From contig NW_002060945.1 in the NCBI RefSeq assembly GCF_000150275.1, positions 2,813,172 to 2,877,171 on the forward strand: a stretch of DNA of 64,000 bases, given 5' to 3'. This DNA is from Trichoplax adhaerens. Taxonomy: Eukaryota; Animalia; Placozoa. Positions 25,260 through 37,200 of this stretch are shown piece by piece. Position 1 is the stretch's first letter, and the number at the start of each line of letters is the position of its first letter. The notes under the pieces are model-generated. The model was not told the origin of the DNA. It made no database searches and worked only from the letters and a program-made list of their open reading frames with translations. Both the position numbers and the translations under genes were made by a program.

Positions 25260-26350
25260 ACACAGTCCAAAGCCATGTTAGCAAATACTTTTACAGTAAA
25301 ATAGTCTGCATGGTTCTGGCACAAGCCTTATGAATGATTAATAACCAAACTAATTTGCTAAATTAATTACAAACTCGAATGCAAACATCGAATTTCTTTA
25401 TGATGGCAAACATCCTTTTAATTAGAATTACTATGCTTTCTCGATTATGGAGGAATACAGTTATATCAAAGGCAGAAATATTGAATAGAAGTTTATAACA
25501 TAAAACATGTTTTCCTGTAAGAATGACGATGTAAGCTTGTCAACATTCTTGAGCCACAACCGTAACTAGCAGGAACTAATCATGCATCATTGATATTGTA
25601 TAATACAGACTAGAAATAATTAATCTTTTTCGCTATTATGCTAGCTCCAAGGATAATAATATGAACATACAAGTGAAATAAATGCTGTATAACGATGCAG
25701 TATAGCGATATTGCAATAACTAATTATATCGATATCGGTAAAGTCTGACCAATGATCATGTAATAGACGAATTTCGTAATTTAACGGCAATGCTCAACTC
25801 CAGCTTCATTTTTTATTAAATTCTGAATCAGATCAATGAAGCCTAAAGGCTACAGTCATGTTAACAACACTTACAATAACCTACTTAATATTGGTGCAAG
25901 CCTTATGAATGATCAATGATCAATTCCATTTTCTAAATAATTACCGAGAAGGTTCCGTACACCATTTTCACTAACGTCGAACAATCTATTACGATTAATA
26001 TGCTTTGTAAATTAGGGAACAATTCAGTTATGTCAGAGGTAGGGAAACTGAAAGGAAACCACAGTAAATAAAGCTAAAACACTTTTTTGCATGAGAATGG
26101 TGCGGCATATCTGTTAGCATTACAGATCATATGCAAATATACCATTAATTACTGCATGCATAGTTGATACTAATTAACATAAAATATTAATAGCTAGTCG
26201 TACTCGTAAAATAATTTTATCAACCAGTAATGGCGTAATCTAGCAATAGAGCCTGCATGATAAAGATAAATTGTTTTGACTAGTTCAATATATTACATAC
26301 CTGTCATTTCTAATATTACTAGAAAAATTTTTGCAATGGTTCGTAGCCGG
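25260..26350 (-). pseudogene. Two tandem, mutually similar GPCR relics (about 25260-25800 and 25850-26350)
   Basis: Shared blocks such as caagccttatgaatgat (about 25322 and 25897) and cagttat.tca.agg.ag. Decayed motifs KLRNS/YYMII..L/TD (ICL1-TM2), IAILHRYTAF (DRY-like, about 25680-25710), SIFLPLI/ITVFL (TM5). Confidence 0.45.
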
Positions 26351-26799
26351 ATATAAGAACTTAGAATGTAGGACAATGAAAAGTAGGTGCTTGATGTATC
26401 GAATAAGATGCCAAACAATGAAAATATTATAATTATAAGAACTACCGTACATCTTTTCCTAATCAAATCTAAAGTATCATATAGATTTCAACCTCGTATA
26501 ATACTCATAGATGTTCCTTGCGAGTCAGTAATCATCAATCAACATTGGTCGATAATGATATGCAGTACACAAATTTTTCATCTACTAATTTAGGTACCGT
26601 AATATATAGATTTGAAGTATTTGATCATGCAAGATAATCACGCCCTTAGAATTAACGCTTATACGGTAAAAAATATACTCAGTATTAGATAAAATGATGA
26701 AAGTAATATACGTGCGGTAATGTACGAGTATTAGATGCTATAGGAGGATGATATACGAGCATGTATAAGGTTATAATTAAGATATCAATATAAAATAAA

Positions 26800-27530
26800 A
26801 TCCGGAATTTTTTATTGAAAGCGTGTAGGTAAAAATAATTAAAAATTGCCAATACAGCACAAACTATATTATGGAATAAATAAAGGCTAGACATTCAATC
26901 GATCAATGCAGAGTAAAATTTTATCAGCAAGCTACCAAATACTAAAAGAATTAGCACACTATGACCTAATATTACATCAAAAAGATTTGTTCCAAATCAC
27001 AATCACACAATTTCATCCATAAAAGATTAAAGCTATGAAACAGCTGATTCAAATTTTTTTAATATAATAAAGAAACCACTAATAAATCGCTAAAGAAGAG
27101 CATCCTTAAAATTGTGCTGCATTTATTACTATATGATTAAATTTAAGTAACACGAATACCGAAATTGGATCAACTAACCGGTATCTTAAAAACAAAATCT
27201 TAAAATTAGTAGCATATGGAATCAAATTTATCGGACGATTAGAAATATTAAACTGTAACAGTAATAACCGATAACTGTAGTCATTTAACTAATTAGCTTT
27301 AACACATTCGTCCATTAACCACCTTTACTATATAAATTCATCAGAAATTCGAAATTTTCTAATTATAGGATCGCAGTACTGACATACGTCAGGATGATCA
27401 TAACGCAATCCAAGTATCTGCAAGATAGTTAAAGATTGCTAAGATTACCACATCGAACAAAGTTCAGACTATTCTGACTCGTAAAAAATTTTTAAAACCG
27501 CTATTCTAAATTATAGCGTAGCTAAGACTG
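26800..27530 (-). pseudogene. GPCR pseudogene fragment B1 (TM4-helix 8); paralogous to B2 at 29530-30230
   Basis: AIFNYFYLHAFNKKFR (TM7/H8-like). Long shared blocks with B2, e.g. aattcatcagaaattcgaaattttctaa and ataacgcaatccaagtatctgcaaga. Confidence 0.45.
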
Positions 27531-28094
27531 TTATTATTGAATGGATTACTATTTATTGTGTTATATTTTGAATTTTGAACTACAATCATGATCCAAAGTT
27601 AAATGAGCAAGGAATATTAAAACTTGGAGAACAATAAGCCGATTCGAATTTACAAAGCGTACCTAACAATTAATTGAAACTTTTAATCGAATAAAATAAT
27701 GGAATCACATCAGTACCAGGATTATCCTAAAAACGATCTTAAGCACTATACGATAGCCGATCCGTTTCTATTTGTTCATGTTACAATTGGGTTGCTACTT
27801 GTCTGATGTTGGGAATAAGAGATACTCCAAATATTAGTGGGGCAAATTACCTTTATTTTCCCATGGGTGTTTAGACGCTAATCGACTTCACACTAAATAT
27901 ATACATGTACATCTTCGGATATAACCACTGATCAGTGATCTAAAATGCAGCCTGATGACTGACTAAGACAAACTCTTCGCTACAGTATATCAGTACAATA
28001 TATGGCAAAATCTAACAAAATCACAAGAGCTTAAGAAGACTGTAATGATTTCAGCTAGTTACACTACTTATATAAATCAACAGTTGGTAGTTGA

Positions 28095-29390
28095 AACTTA
28101 GTATTGGATTGTAGACTAATAGCCATGTTTAGTATGATGTACTGTATAGTAGAATTCTATATCCATCTAAAACCTTATTTAGTAGCTCATAACCATAATA
28201 TGTAATTAAAGATTCTACGTTACAATATAAATGACTATACACAGTAGCATGTTAAGTCACTATTAAAGCTAGAGGTAAAAGTGGATATGTAACTCATATA
28301 GTATATTAGGATATGGACAGTTAATTGAACCGTAGTACTGGTGGTCCAAAAAAATAAAATTTTACTAAATTAGATTAAAACTACAAACAATTGAAGTCCA
28401 AACAAAATAAACTAGACTTTTCTTGTCTTCTCTAACTTCAACTGCAATAAATTACCGAACTACGCCACCTTTTATATGCTACGCAGAGCAGTTGGTGGTA
28501 TTAGACTATCCAACTATCACTCTAATGTAATCCAAATTAAACTAGCAATCAAACACACATGATAAGATAATTTATACCCTAGACTCCCGAAACTACTAAA
28601 TTAATACTAAGTATAGTTTAGCTTGAAATTATACGTTTCTACAGTGCACACTAAGACAAAATAATAATCTCAGTCAAATGTTTTGGGTTCATACTGCATG
28701 AAATTACAAAGCAACATTAACTTCTACTGTAATTAATGATCAAAATTAATACACACATATTCTATTAACTAAATATATCGCTTGAATTATAAAATCATAA
28801 TATTTGATTCTCAATAAAAATCATGCTATGGATTATCTTAACTTCTAACCCGAATAAAGCAGTCGGGTTTACGATATACTAAGATTCTAAGTAAAATCCA
28901 CTATTATTGTAGTGAGATATCGAACCCTCCATCACAATTATAATCAACCAAATAAGTCATAATTTTAAAGTTAGAATGCTTATCACGATATAAAAACTAA
29001 GCTAGAATAATTGCAATGCAAGAACTTGAGGAAAATTCTAAAAATTATCCTTCATTACAGTACTTTGGCTATTAAAACCAACGTCTACGTAAATACTGTA
29101 GTAATCATGTTGAATTATAGATGGTTTGCTGCAAAGTGTTGTTACTAATAATAATCTGAATAATTGTAAAATAGCGTAGAATCTTGCGATGCGGACTGTA
29201 GCTATAAATATTGCGATAAGCATTTACGTAGGCAGCTTTTATATTATTCAATGATTCTGTCTAGAAGTCTTTCTAGTAGTTGTATTATGCTAGAGAAGAG
29301 CTATGCGTAGATTATCTTCGTACAGTATAAAGATCTAATAAAATTTTAATTGTTTGCGAATTTTCGAACTTTGTAATCGGTTGTATCACG
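28095..29390 (-). pseudogene. GPCR pseudogene fragment A2, interrupted by about 720 bp of extra sequence (about 28326-29050) relative to A1
   Basis: ORF 29038..29223 aligns with ORF 23942..24130 (ATVRIARFY/ATIRMATFY, PSIIQ/PSLIQ, YVD, SQST). VYNPIL (NPxxY-like) near 28100-28115. Confidence 0.5.
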
Positions 29391-29529
29391 GTACCTCGCA
29401 AAGTACGAAAGCATCAACTAGCTACTGTCGTAATATAACCTGATATACACGCGATAATGTATTACATTCTATAGGAGAGTGATATATATGCAAGATTGCA
29501 AATTTGATATCGGTATAACGTAGAACCTA

Positions 29530-30230
29530 GGATTTTTATTGAAAACGTGTAGAGAGAGAGATAATTAAAATTACCAATACAAATAGTATAATAGAATAAA
29601 TGAAGGTCAGATGTTCCATCGATGTAGCTTAAGTAAAATTTGTAAGCAATCTACCAAATTTAAAAGAATAAGTACTCTGAGGCCTTCTAGTGTATCAAAA
29701 ATATTAATACCAAATAACAAGCACAAATTGTACCCACGAAAGACTAAAGGTACGAAACAGCCAATTCAAATTATTTTAATATAAAAATGAAATTACTAAC
29801 AAATCACCAAAGAAGAGTATGCTAAAAATCATATTGCACTTACTATTAAGATACTAAATTTATGTATTATGAGTACTAAACATAAAAAATAAATTTCACT
29901 GCTCACGCCCAGCCGGCATTTTTGTGGAGCAGTGAAAATATCGGACGACAAGAAAAAAGTAAACTATAACTATAATTACCAATAACTAAGATCGTTTAAT
30001 AAATTAGCACTAGTAAATAAGTCCATTGGCTATCTATATGAATTCATCAGAAATTCGAAATTTTCTAACTGTAGGTTTTCAGTGCTGACATACATCAGAA
30101 TGATTATAACGCAATCCAAGTATCTGCAAGACAGCTGATGATTACTAAGATTAGATTACAATATCAAACAAAGTTCAAACTATCCCGACTCGACTTGTAA
30201 AGAAATTTAAAACCGTGATCCTAACTTATA
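29530..30230 (-). pseudogene. GPCR pseudogene fragment B2 (duplicate of B1)
   Basis: Colinear nucleotide similarity to 26800-27530 along its length. Confidence 0.45.
29894..29937. repeat. GC-rich hairpin (11-bp perfect stem)
   Basis: tttcactgctc ... gagcagtgaaa. Absent from the paralogous copy B1. Confidence 0.6.
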
Positions 30231-31275
30231 ACTTACTTAGATTAAAAGTCCGCTTCTGTAAGCCTTTTATTATCCTAAATAACCGAATCACATATTGCCT
30301 TCAGTAATCCATAAAATTCAAATTAACTGATCGATTCGAGAAAATTAAGAAATATATTCAAAACGCCATTTAAGGACCTTATCTTTTTCGCCAGCCCTTG
30401 TTGCTGCTCGATGAAAATCATCAGTTGCAAACACTTGTGTGCCATTAGTCTTTGTGTATATACAAGATTTATATATTAATGTACTTTCAAATTTTGCAAT
30501 CAAACAGTTTAAAGAATACAAATGTTCCAAAATTACTATTGTACTTAAAATACCTGTGCCGATTTCATGTCAGAATTTGAGCGTATAGAATCATGACCGT
30601 TATCATCCATGTGTTCGTTATCATGGCTATTAAGAACGTATAAATCAGCTATTAGTAGAATCGCTGGGCGCACAATCTAATAACCGATACAGGTACTCTG
30701 CCCGTAGAAAAACTAATTAAATTACAATGCTATAGTTTCTGTGAGTTTAATAAATTTTTTAATTGTCAATTTTGAAAGTGCTAGTGATTTACATGGAAAG
30801 TAGACTCATTTACAATTGCAGTCTTAATAACAACTTTGTAGTATTAAGGATGACATGTACGATATTGATTTATTATAGTGAAATGGCTTGCATTAAAAGC
30901 AAGCAGAAGTGGGATAAATAATTACTATTCTCACCCCGTAATAGATGCCTTATAATATTCATTTCTTCCCTCTTCATTAATGGATATATTTTCCACCTGA
31001 GAATTCCGTATTAAATAGAAGCAACTTTATAATTTAACTGCTGAAGTCTTTTTTAATTGCCACATCTGTTCTATTTAGATCTATTCGTGATGATCGAAAT
31101 AGCCTTAAAATTTCTTAGTTTTAACTACTTATTTCAATTTCACTTATTACCCTAATTTGTCTATTTTAATAAAAGACAGTAGTGTGTCCATATATTTTAA
31201 GTTATGGGCTTTACTGCAACAATATGCTGTTAAAGAAAAACTATCTATCAACAGGCAGTCTTACTGTATATTTAC

Positions 31276-34200
31276 CTGACAATTAATGCAGCAGTAGAAA
31301 ACGAAGATCAATATACCCTATAAATTAAAAAGTATTATATTTATGTTATAGCTCGCATTAACGTTATAAGCTGTCAAAAGAATTTTAATAAGAAAAAGAA
31401 GTCTAGAATACAATTAGAATAAAAGCTTAAATAGTGTATACAATTATTCATCACTTATTCTTAAACCGCATATAATACAACTCTATGATCTTTATCTGAT
31501 CTTAATAGATTAAATACCTGCAACATTGAAGCTATTGCAAAAACATATTGCAAATCTGTACGCTGAAGGATAACAAGAGCTGCAAATGTTATCCATCCGA
31601 TACCGAATACTGGTAGTAAAAGAACAGGCGCATACTTGCTCCTTCTGTAGAGATTATGAAGCAACAGCAATGTTACTTGACTGCACTTCAATCACAAAAC
31701 CTAATTAACTTTGAGTCTATCGTTTAATTAAATACTATACAATGATCATTCAAATTTATGAAACTTATTTTAATAATCTCTTTAAGAAAACCGACAATTG
31801 TGCTTTTCAATTGACAGAAAATTTCTTAATTTATAGAGAATTTTTAAATCTCGAGGTGTCAAAGAAATATTTATCCTCCGAGTTCAATACAACTTATTCA
31901 ACACAATAATAGGACTCTTATAATTTACCTTATATTCATAATTCCAGCGTTATTGGCTGTTCGATCGATATTTAGTTTCTGATTTCTTTTAGAATCAACT
32001 TGAGTAGATCTAAATACCACTGCAGCGGTAAGCTAAAGTTTGTATTAAGATGTACGAAGATGAAGTTACTCTCATAAACTAGCATTGTTTCTGTTAAACT
32101 ATTTTACAGTATACATCATATTATTGAATTTCTGTACAGATTAATGAAATCTTCATCCAAGCAGAAAAATTAAGCTTAGACTATAAAAAGTGTTACTATA
32201 TCATTCATAGGTGGTTACAATTTCAATATCCACCATGTGAGAACGTGATGGGGTAACTATGTTGCAATCTGCAGGGGCTCGTTATCTGGCCATTCTGCTA
32301 GAAGTACTCCAGCTACAGTTCCTTTCTCGTTATTACTACTAACAACTGTTACTTGACCGCAGTTAAATCTAGGAAGATTCTTTATTTGTACTTTAGATTT
32401 GTAAACTGAAACCAACAATGCGCCTTCCTCGAGGCACTGATCCTAAAAACTGCCGAATAGTTACTTGATACTGCCCTTATATACTCATAATCCAATATGT
32501 ATCAATGAGCATACGATACAGTGGTTATGACTGCACGCCATAATTGCCCTATACTACTTCCACCGCTAGAAATAAAATCGTGATAAGCACACGCATAGCG
32601 GTACTAACAGTAATTATGACAACCAAAACATTCAGAATTACAATAACCTATCATGGTACTCAGATTGTGGTCGTGGTATTGAAAATTTAGTTGGCAGTAT
32701 TTCACAATGGCAGTATTACTCACAAAACTAAGTCGGATATCATGATTAATTTAGAGAGTCACACTATAGTGAACTTACTAATATCATAACACCAATCGGA
32801 ATGACATAAGCTAGGAAGATAGGAGGACTTGTAGACAACCAACATCTGAGATTAAAAAGAACGAGTATGTATCTGATTTTAGTAACATGATACACAAACT
32901 AGAGTAGCTTGCAGCATTAGTATTAGATTGCTCATCTTACACTTGACCATTCAGATAAAAGTTGATTCCTTTGATAGCGACAGTAATAACAGCTGTAAGA
33001 ATAGCTAACAACCCAGGCAAGACTAAAAAGTAGAGTAAAGCAATAGGATAAGAGCTGGAATAAGAGAATGGTTACAATTATTGACTGAAGATTTCTTATA
33101 ATAATTACAAGAATGATTACGAAATTATTTTCGTATATTGATATATTTATTTAGACCTTTCCAATTGATTTCTTAATACCTTATGTGGTTATTTTAAAAC
33201 TGTTAAATGTGCGCTAGTTTATAATTGATCGTATATTCTTTAATGTCAACTTACTAAAGCCAATGGCCATAAAGGGACTAAACCCAAACTTGCTATCAAA
33301 TCCATTGGTTAATAGTTTATAGATATATATTTGTTCTACTAGTTGCCAGCTGAATATCATCAAAATACTTAAATGTAGAGCTACTGATATAGCAACACAC
33401 AATGGCTAGAAATATGAAAACAAATTTTTGTTAGAATAAATAAGGTCAAAAATTTTAGTTTTAAATGCACCAAAATTTGTTCATTGCTAATACGTAATAG
33501 AAGTTTCTATTCCTTTACCTTATGCTGTATCTGTATCAGGCCAGATATAACCAAAATATGACTGATCATCACCGACAAAAATAGATTTATCCTAATGACG
33601 TCAAGAGTGCGGGAAAATTGCCTGTATCGTAGATGAAAACATTAAAGATAAGCTATCAATGCCTCACTAACATAAAATATTGTTATGAAATTATTCAAGC
33701 AAAATAACTATAATGATCAAGATTGAAAGCCGCTATAAATATAGTACTATCAGATACCTGAACCATTTACGAATGAAGTGATAGAGAGTTTTTGTCATGA
33801 ATGCAAATTTACTACAAATGCACTATTTTTATTTGAGAATGAATTGGAATATATTATATATCATTTGAGTACTTAGTATATATCAATAGTATCAAAAATG
33901 CAAATAAACTTAGTGTTTGTATCAGTAAATCTATAGAATTTTACTTATGCCCAGGAGTAAGTAAATATTTACCCAATTGCATTGCTATCATTGATACATT
34001 CGTTACTTATATGTCTAATTCTGATCTCCTGCGACATACCTAGTTCAACTATTTTGTAAGAATATCCTAGAAATATGCCTTACACTTACCTCCAGAAAAT
34101 ACAACATGTGATTAGCGCTAATAGTGCACACAAAATAGCAATACCACAACCAACGTATGTTATTACGTGCAAGGTAAACGATGATGACGGTTCCTAGATC

Positions 34201-37200
34201 AAATTTTATAATATGCATCTGTAATACTAAAGTACTGATCGATTGTCAAAATACATACAGTATGTTTAAGTGTAAATTTGCTCTTAGTGGACTAGTCGAG
34301 CATTATTTTAGTATAATTTATGTGATTTAGAACTTACAGTTTGATTCGATATGATTAGTAGTGATGTGAATGTAGTCATATGATTGCAATAGCATACAGT
34401 TTGGCTAGCATTAGATTCTGGCCCTACTCTGCAACCAGCGGAAGACCACTTGCAGTTGCTGATTGCAGAACAAACAGAGTATATTAAATTGATTCTATTT
34501 GAAGGTATTTCTTACACTACGATATTCATACAGATCGTGTGGCAATAAAATCTTGTCAAAGACAAATGTGTTATACATATAATACTTTGAATTGCTACAT
34601 ATTACTCAAAATAATCTTCTCAAGTTACTTATAATATTAAGTAATCGTATGGTAAGCTACAGTATATACTTTATAAAAATAAGCTATAGATCTAATGTCT
34701 ATCTACAATATCACTAAATAAATTTATGGCGTTGGCTTTGTTATCGAAGTGGGGTTTTTCCGAGAAATAAATGATATTTCAAAATTACAAACAGATAAAG
34801 TGCGTTTACTCTATTACTGTAATTAAGAACAAAGAGTTAACATTTATTAATCGCTTAACCTATATACCAAGTTTAAGCAGGATTAATAATTAAGTTAGTT
34901 ATTAAACTTACAAGTAGCTTTAAATTACCTTTCAGAACAATCCCAATAAGTACATTGGCTTTGCAGTGAGTTATTTTCATTAGCGATTGCCTATTGACGA
35001 AAAGATGCATAAAATTTCTATTCTATTGTTATAAATATCTACATAATTACCCCTCTATCGCTAAGTTTTTTATAATTTTTCCGTGGTAAATTAGTATAAT
35101 ATGTTCTAATAAAAGTCTAATTATAGAGCTGACAAACTCTGCTAACATAATTTGTAAAGTTTGGATAATGTCGACTACAACATTATACAAATAATTTAAA
35201 TGTTAGATAAAATGAACATATACCCGTATATCCTATCATTCACAATATAATTAACCAATATACTAAAGATCAAAGTACGATTTACATTTTTGTTGGATAT
35301 AGTAAACCTAAATTCTGATGGTAGTGGTGTTGGTGGTTTAGGTTGAAAAGAAATGGAAAAAACTTTGGAATTAATGACCACTCGCGTAATATCGGTCCTG
35401 TGATAATCATGATTTATATACATGTTAGAATAAGTTAACATATTTTTAATAAGAAATAATTACCTATGCAATCATGATGTAATGTATATTTACACTAGAA
35501 TAACTTGAATTTAAGTTCGTGTTATTGCTGATTAAAATGGAATCAATCTAATCTAACTTGTAGGGTACTAATTTGCCGTAATCTCCAATTATTTAGAATA
35601 TTTATTTATTCTGCAGTTAAAACGGTAGAAATTTCAAAACCTGTTATTGCCAGTCGCGGAGGGAAGAATTCTATCTAGCGATGTATAGCTTGTTAAGGTA
35701 ATTTTATCGTCTATTATAAAGATAATACGAAACGGTCAAGAAATGACGGAATATCATAGATTTTTAACTACCGCAATGATAATAATCAATTACGTTATTA
35801 CAATAGACTCTTTGGCAATAATTTGATATTAAAACTGCCAAGTGCACATGATAATAAATAATTAATTGTACAACCGATGCTTACAATTTTTTCTTTGAAA
35901 TAGTTCCTTAGCCAATGAAATTACTAAGTTATCTGACGAACTACTATCTGTATTAGCTGTTGAAGTCGATAACTCGAAACCAGAAGTTGTGGTTGTATTT
36001 GTAACTTTGTATACCTTTAACTCTGTTCATATTAAATTTAGAATTTACTATTCCGAGCGAATATTAAAAACTGGATTATTTTAGCTAAATGCTCTAGAAA
36101 TTGATATACCTCAATAAGATTTAATATCATTTAATCAATATTCGCAATATAAATTAAAAGCATAGTGCGATGAAATTTAGTATTTTTAAATTTAAAGTAC
36201 GGCACGTGTTCTCTATTAAATGCTATTGCTTTTGTTAAACCTATACAAGCTAATTTTATTTTATTAGCCATACCTAATACAGGCGTTGATATAACGAATT
36301 CGGTAGTATTTTCACTTAAGACGACCTTGTCAGCCATATTTTCTAGTACGTCCATTATAGATGAGTTTCCTTGAACCGCCTGATCCAACTATAGTTCACA
36401 ATATTTCAGTTTCAAAATAATTAAGAATAGCAAAAATTAAATTCAAAATTATTAAGATTGCTAATATTTTCGCCACTATACTAATAGCACAGTAATATAT
36501 ATATTCGTTAGCTATGACAACTTTTAATATCCACCTCACCTGTTGTGAATCCTTCAGTTGATTAGCATTACTAGCATTAAGTAATTTACTTTGAACCGTC
36601 GCAAATTTCTAAGTATAGATATCAAATTTATAAATCAGACTTAGGTTTGTTTTTATAAAAGAATATACATAGCGAAAGCAAATACGACAAATTATAACGC
36701 TAATAAAATGTATGTGATTCTTGATAGCTCAAACACAAGTTAAGATATTTGAAATCATACCTATCCGTTAAAATTAGTATTAGAAGAAATGCTTCGCATT
36801 AAATTGAATAAGTTGTGTAGGAACTGTACTATAACTGATCAAATTTCAACCAAAATTCTCGTAAAGGTCTTACTTCACATATTGCTCAAGCTTAAATATC
36901 CTACTAGTCGGTTTTACGTTAATACTACAGTCAAATATTCAGCCAAAAAATTAATTCCTCTCGTACTTATACGCAATATTTAATTTTCATGCTTATCAAA
37001 AATGTGTAAAGATTTAAAGCTAATGACGGATAGTTTTACTCTAATCTCATAGTGTCAGCATATTTACAAACCAGAAAAAGATAATACTCTCGTGCTAATA
37101 CAGCATAGCTAGTAACAATAAATAATAAATTGAATCAATACCTAGAAATATAGATCATAGAAAATAGGACATACCTCTAGTAAAGACGGAGTTACAGTAT

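Noticed and set aside
30640-31200. Exact C-terminal exons of the adhesion GPCR
   Set aside because: Several acceptors are plausible (e.g. VENISINEEG... near 30995); cannot be resolved without transcripts.
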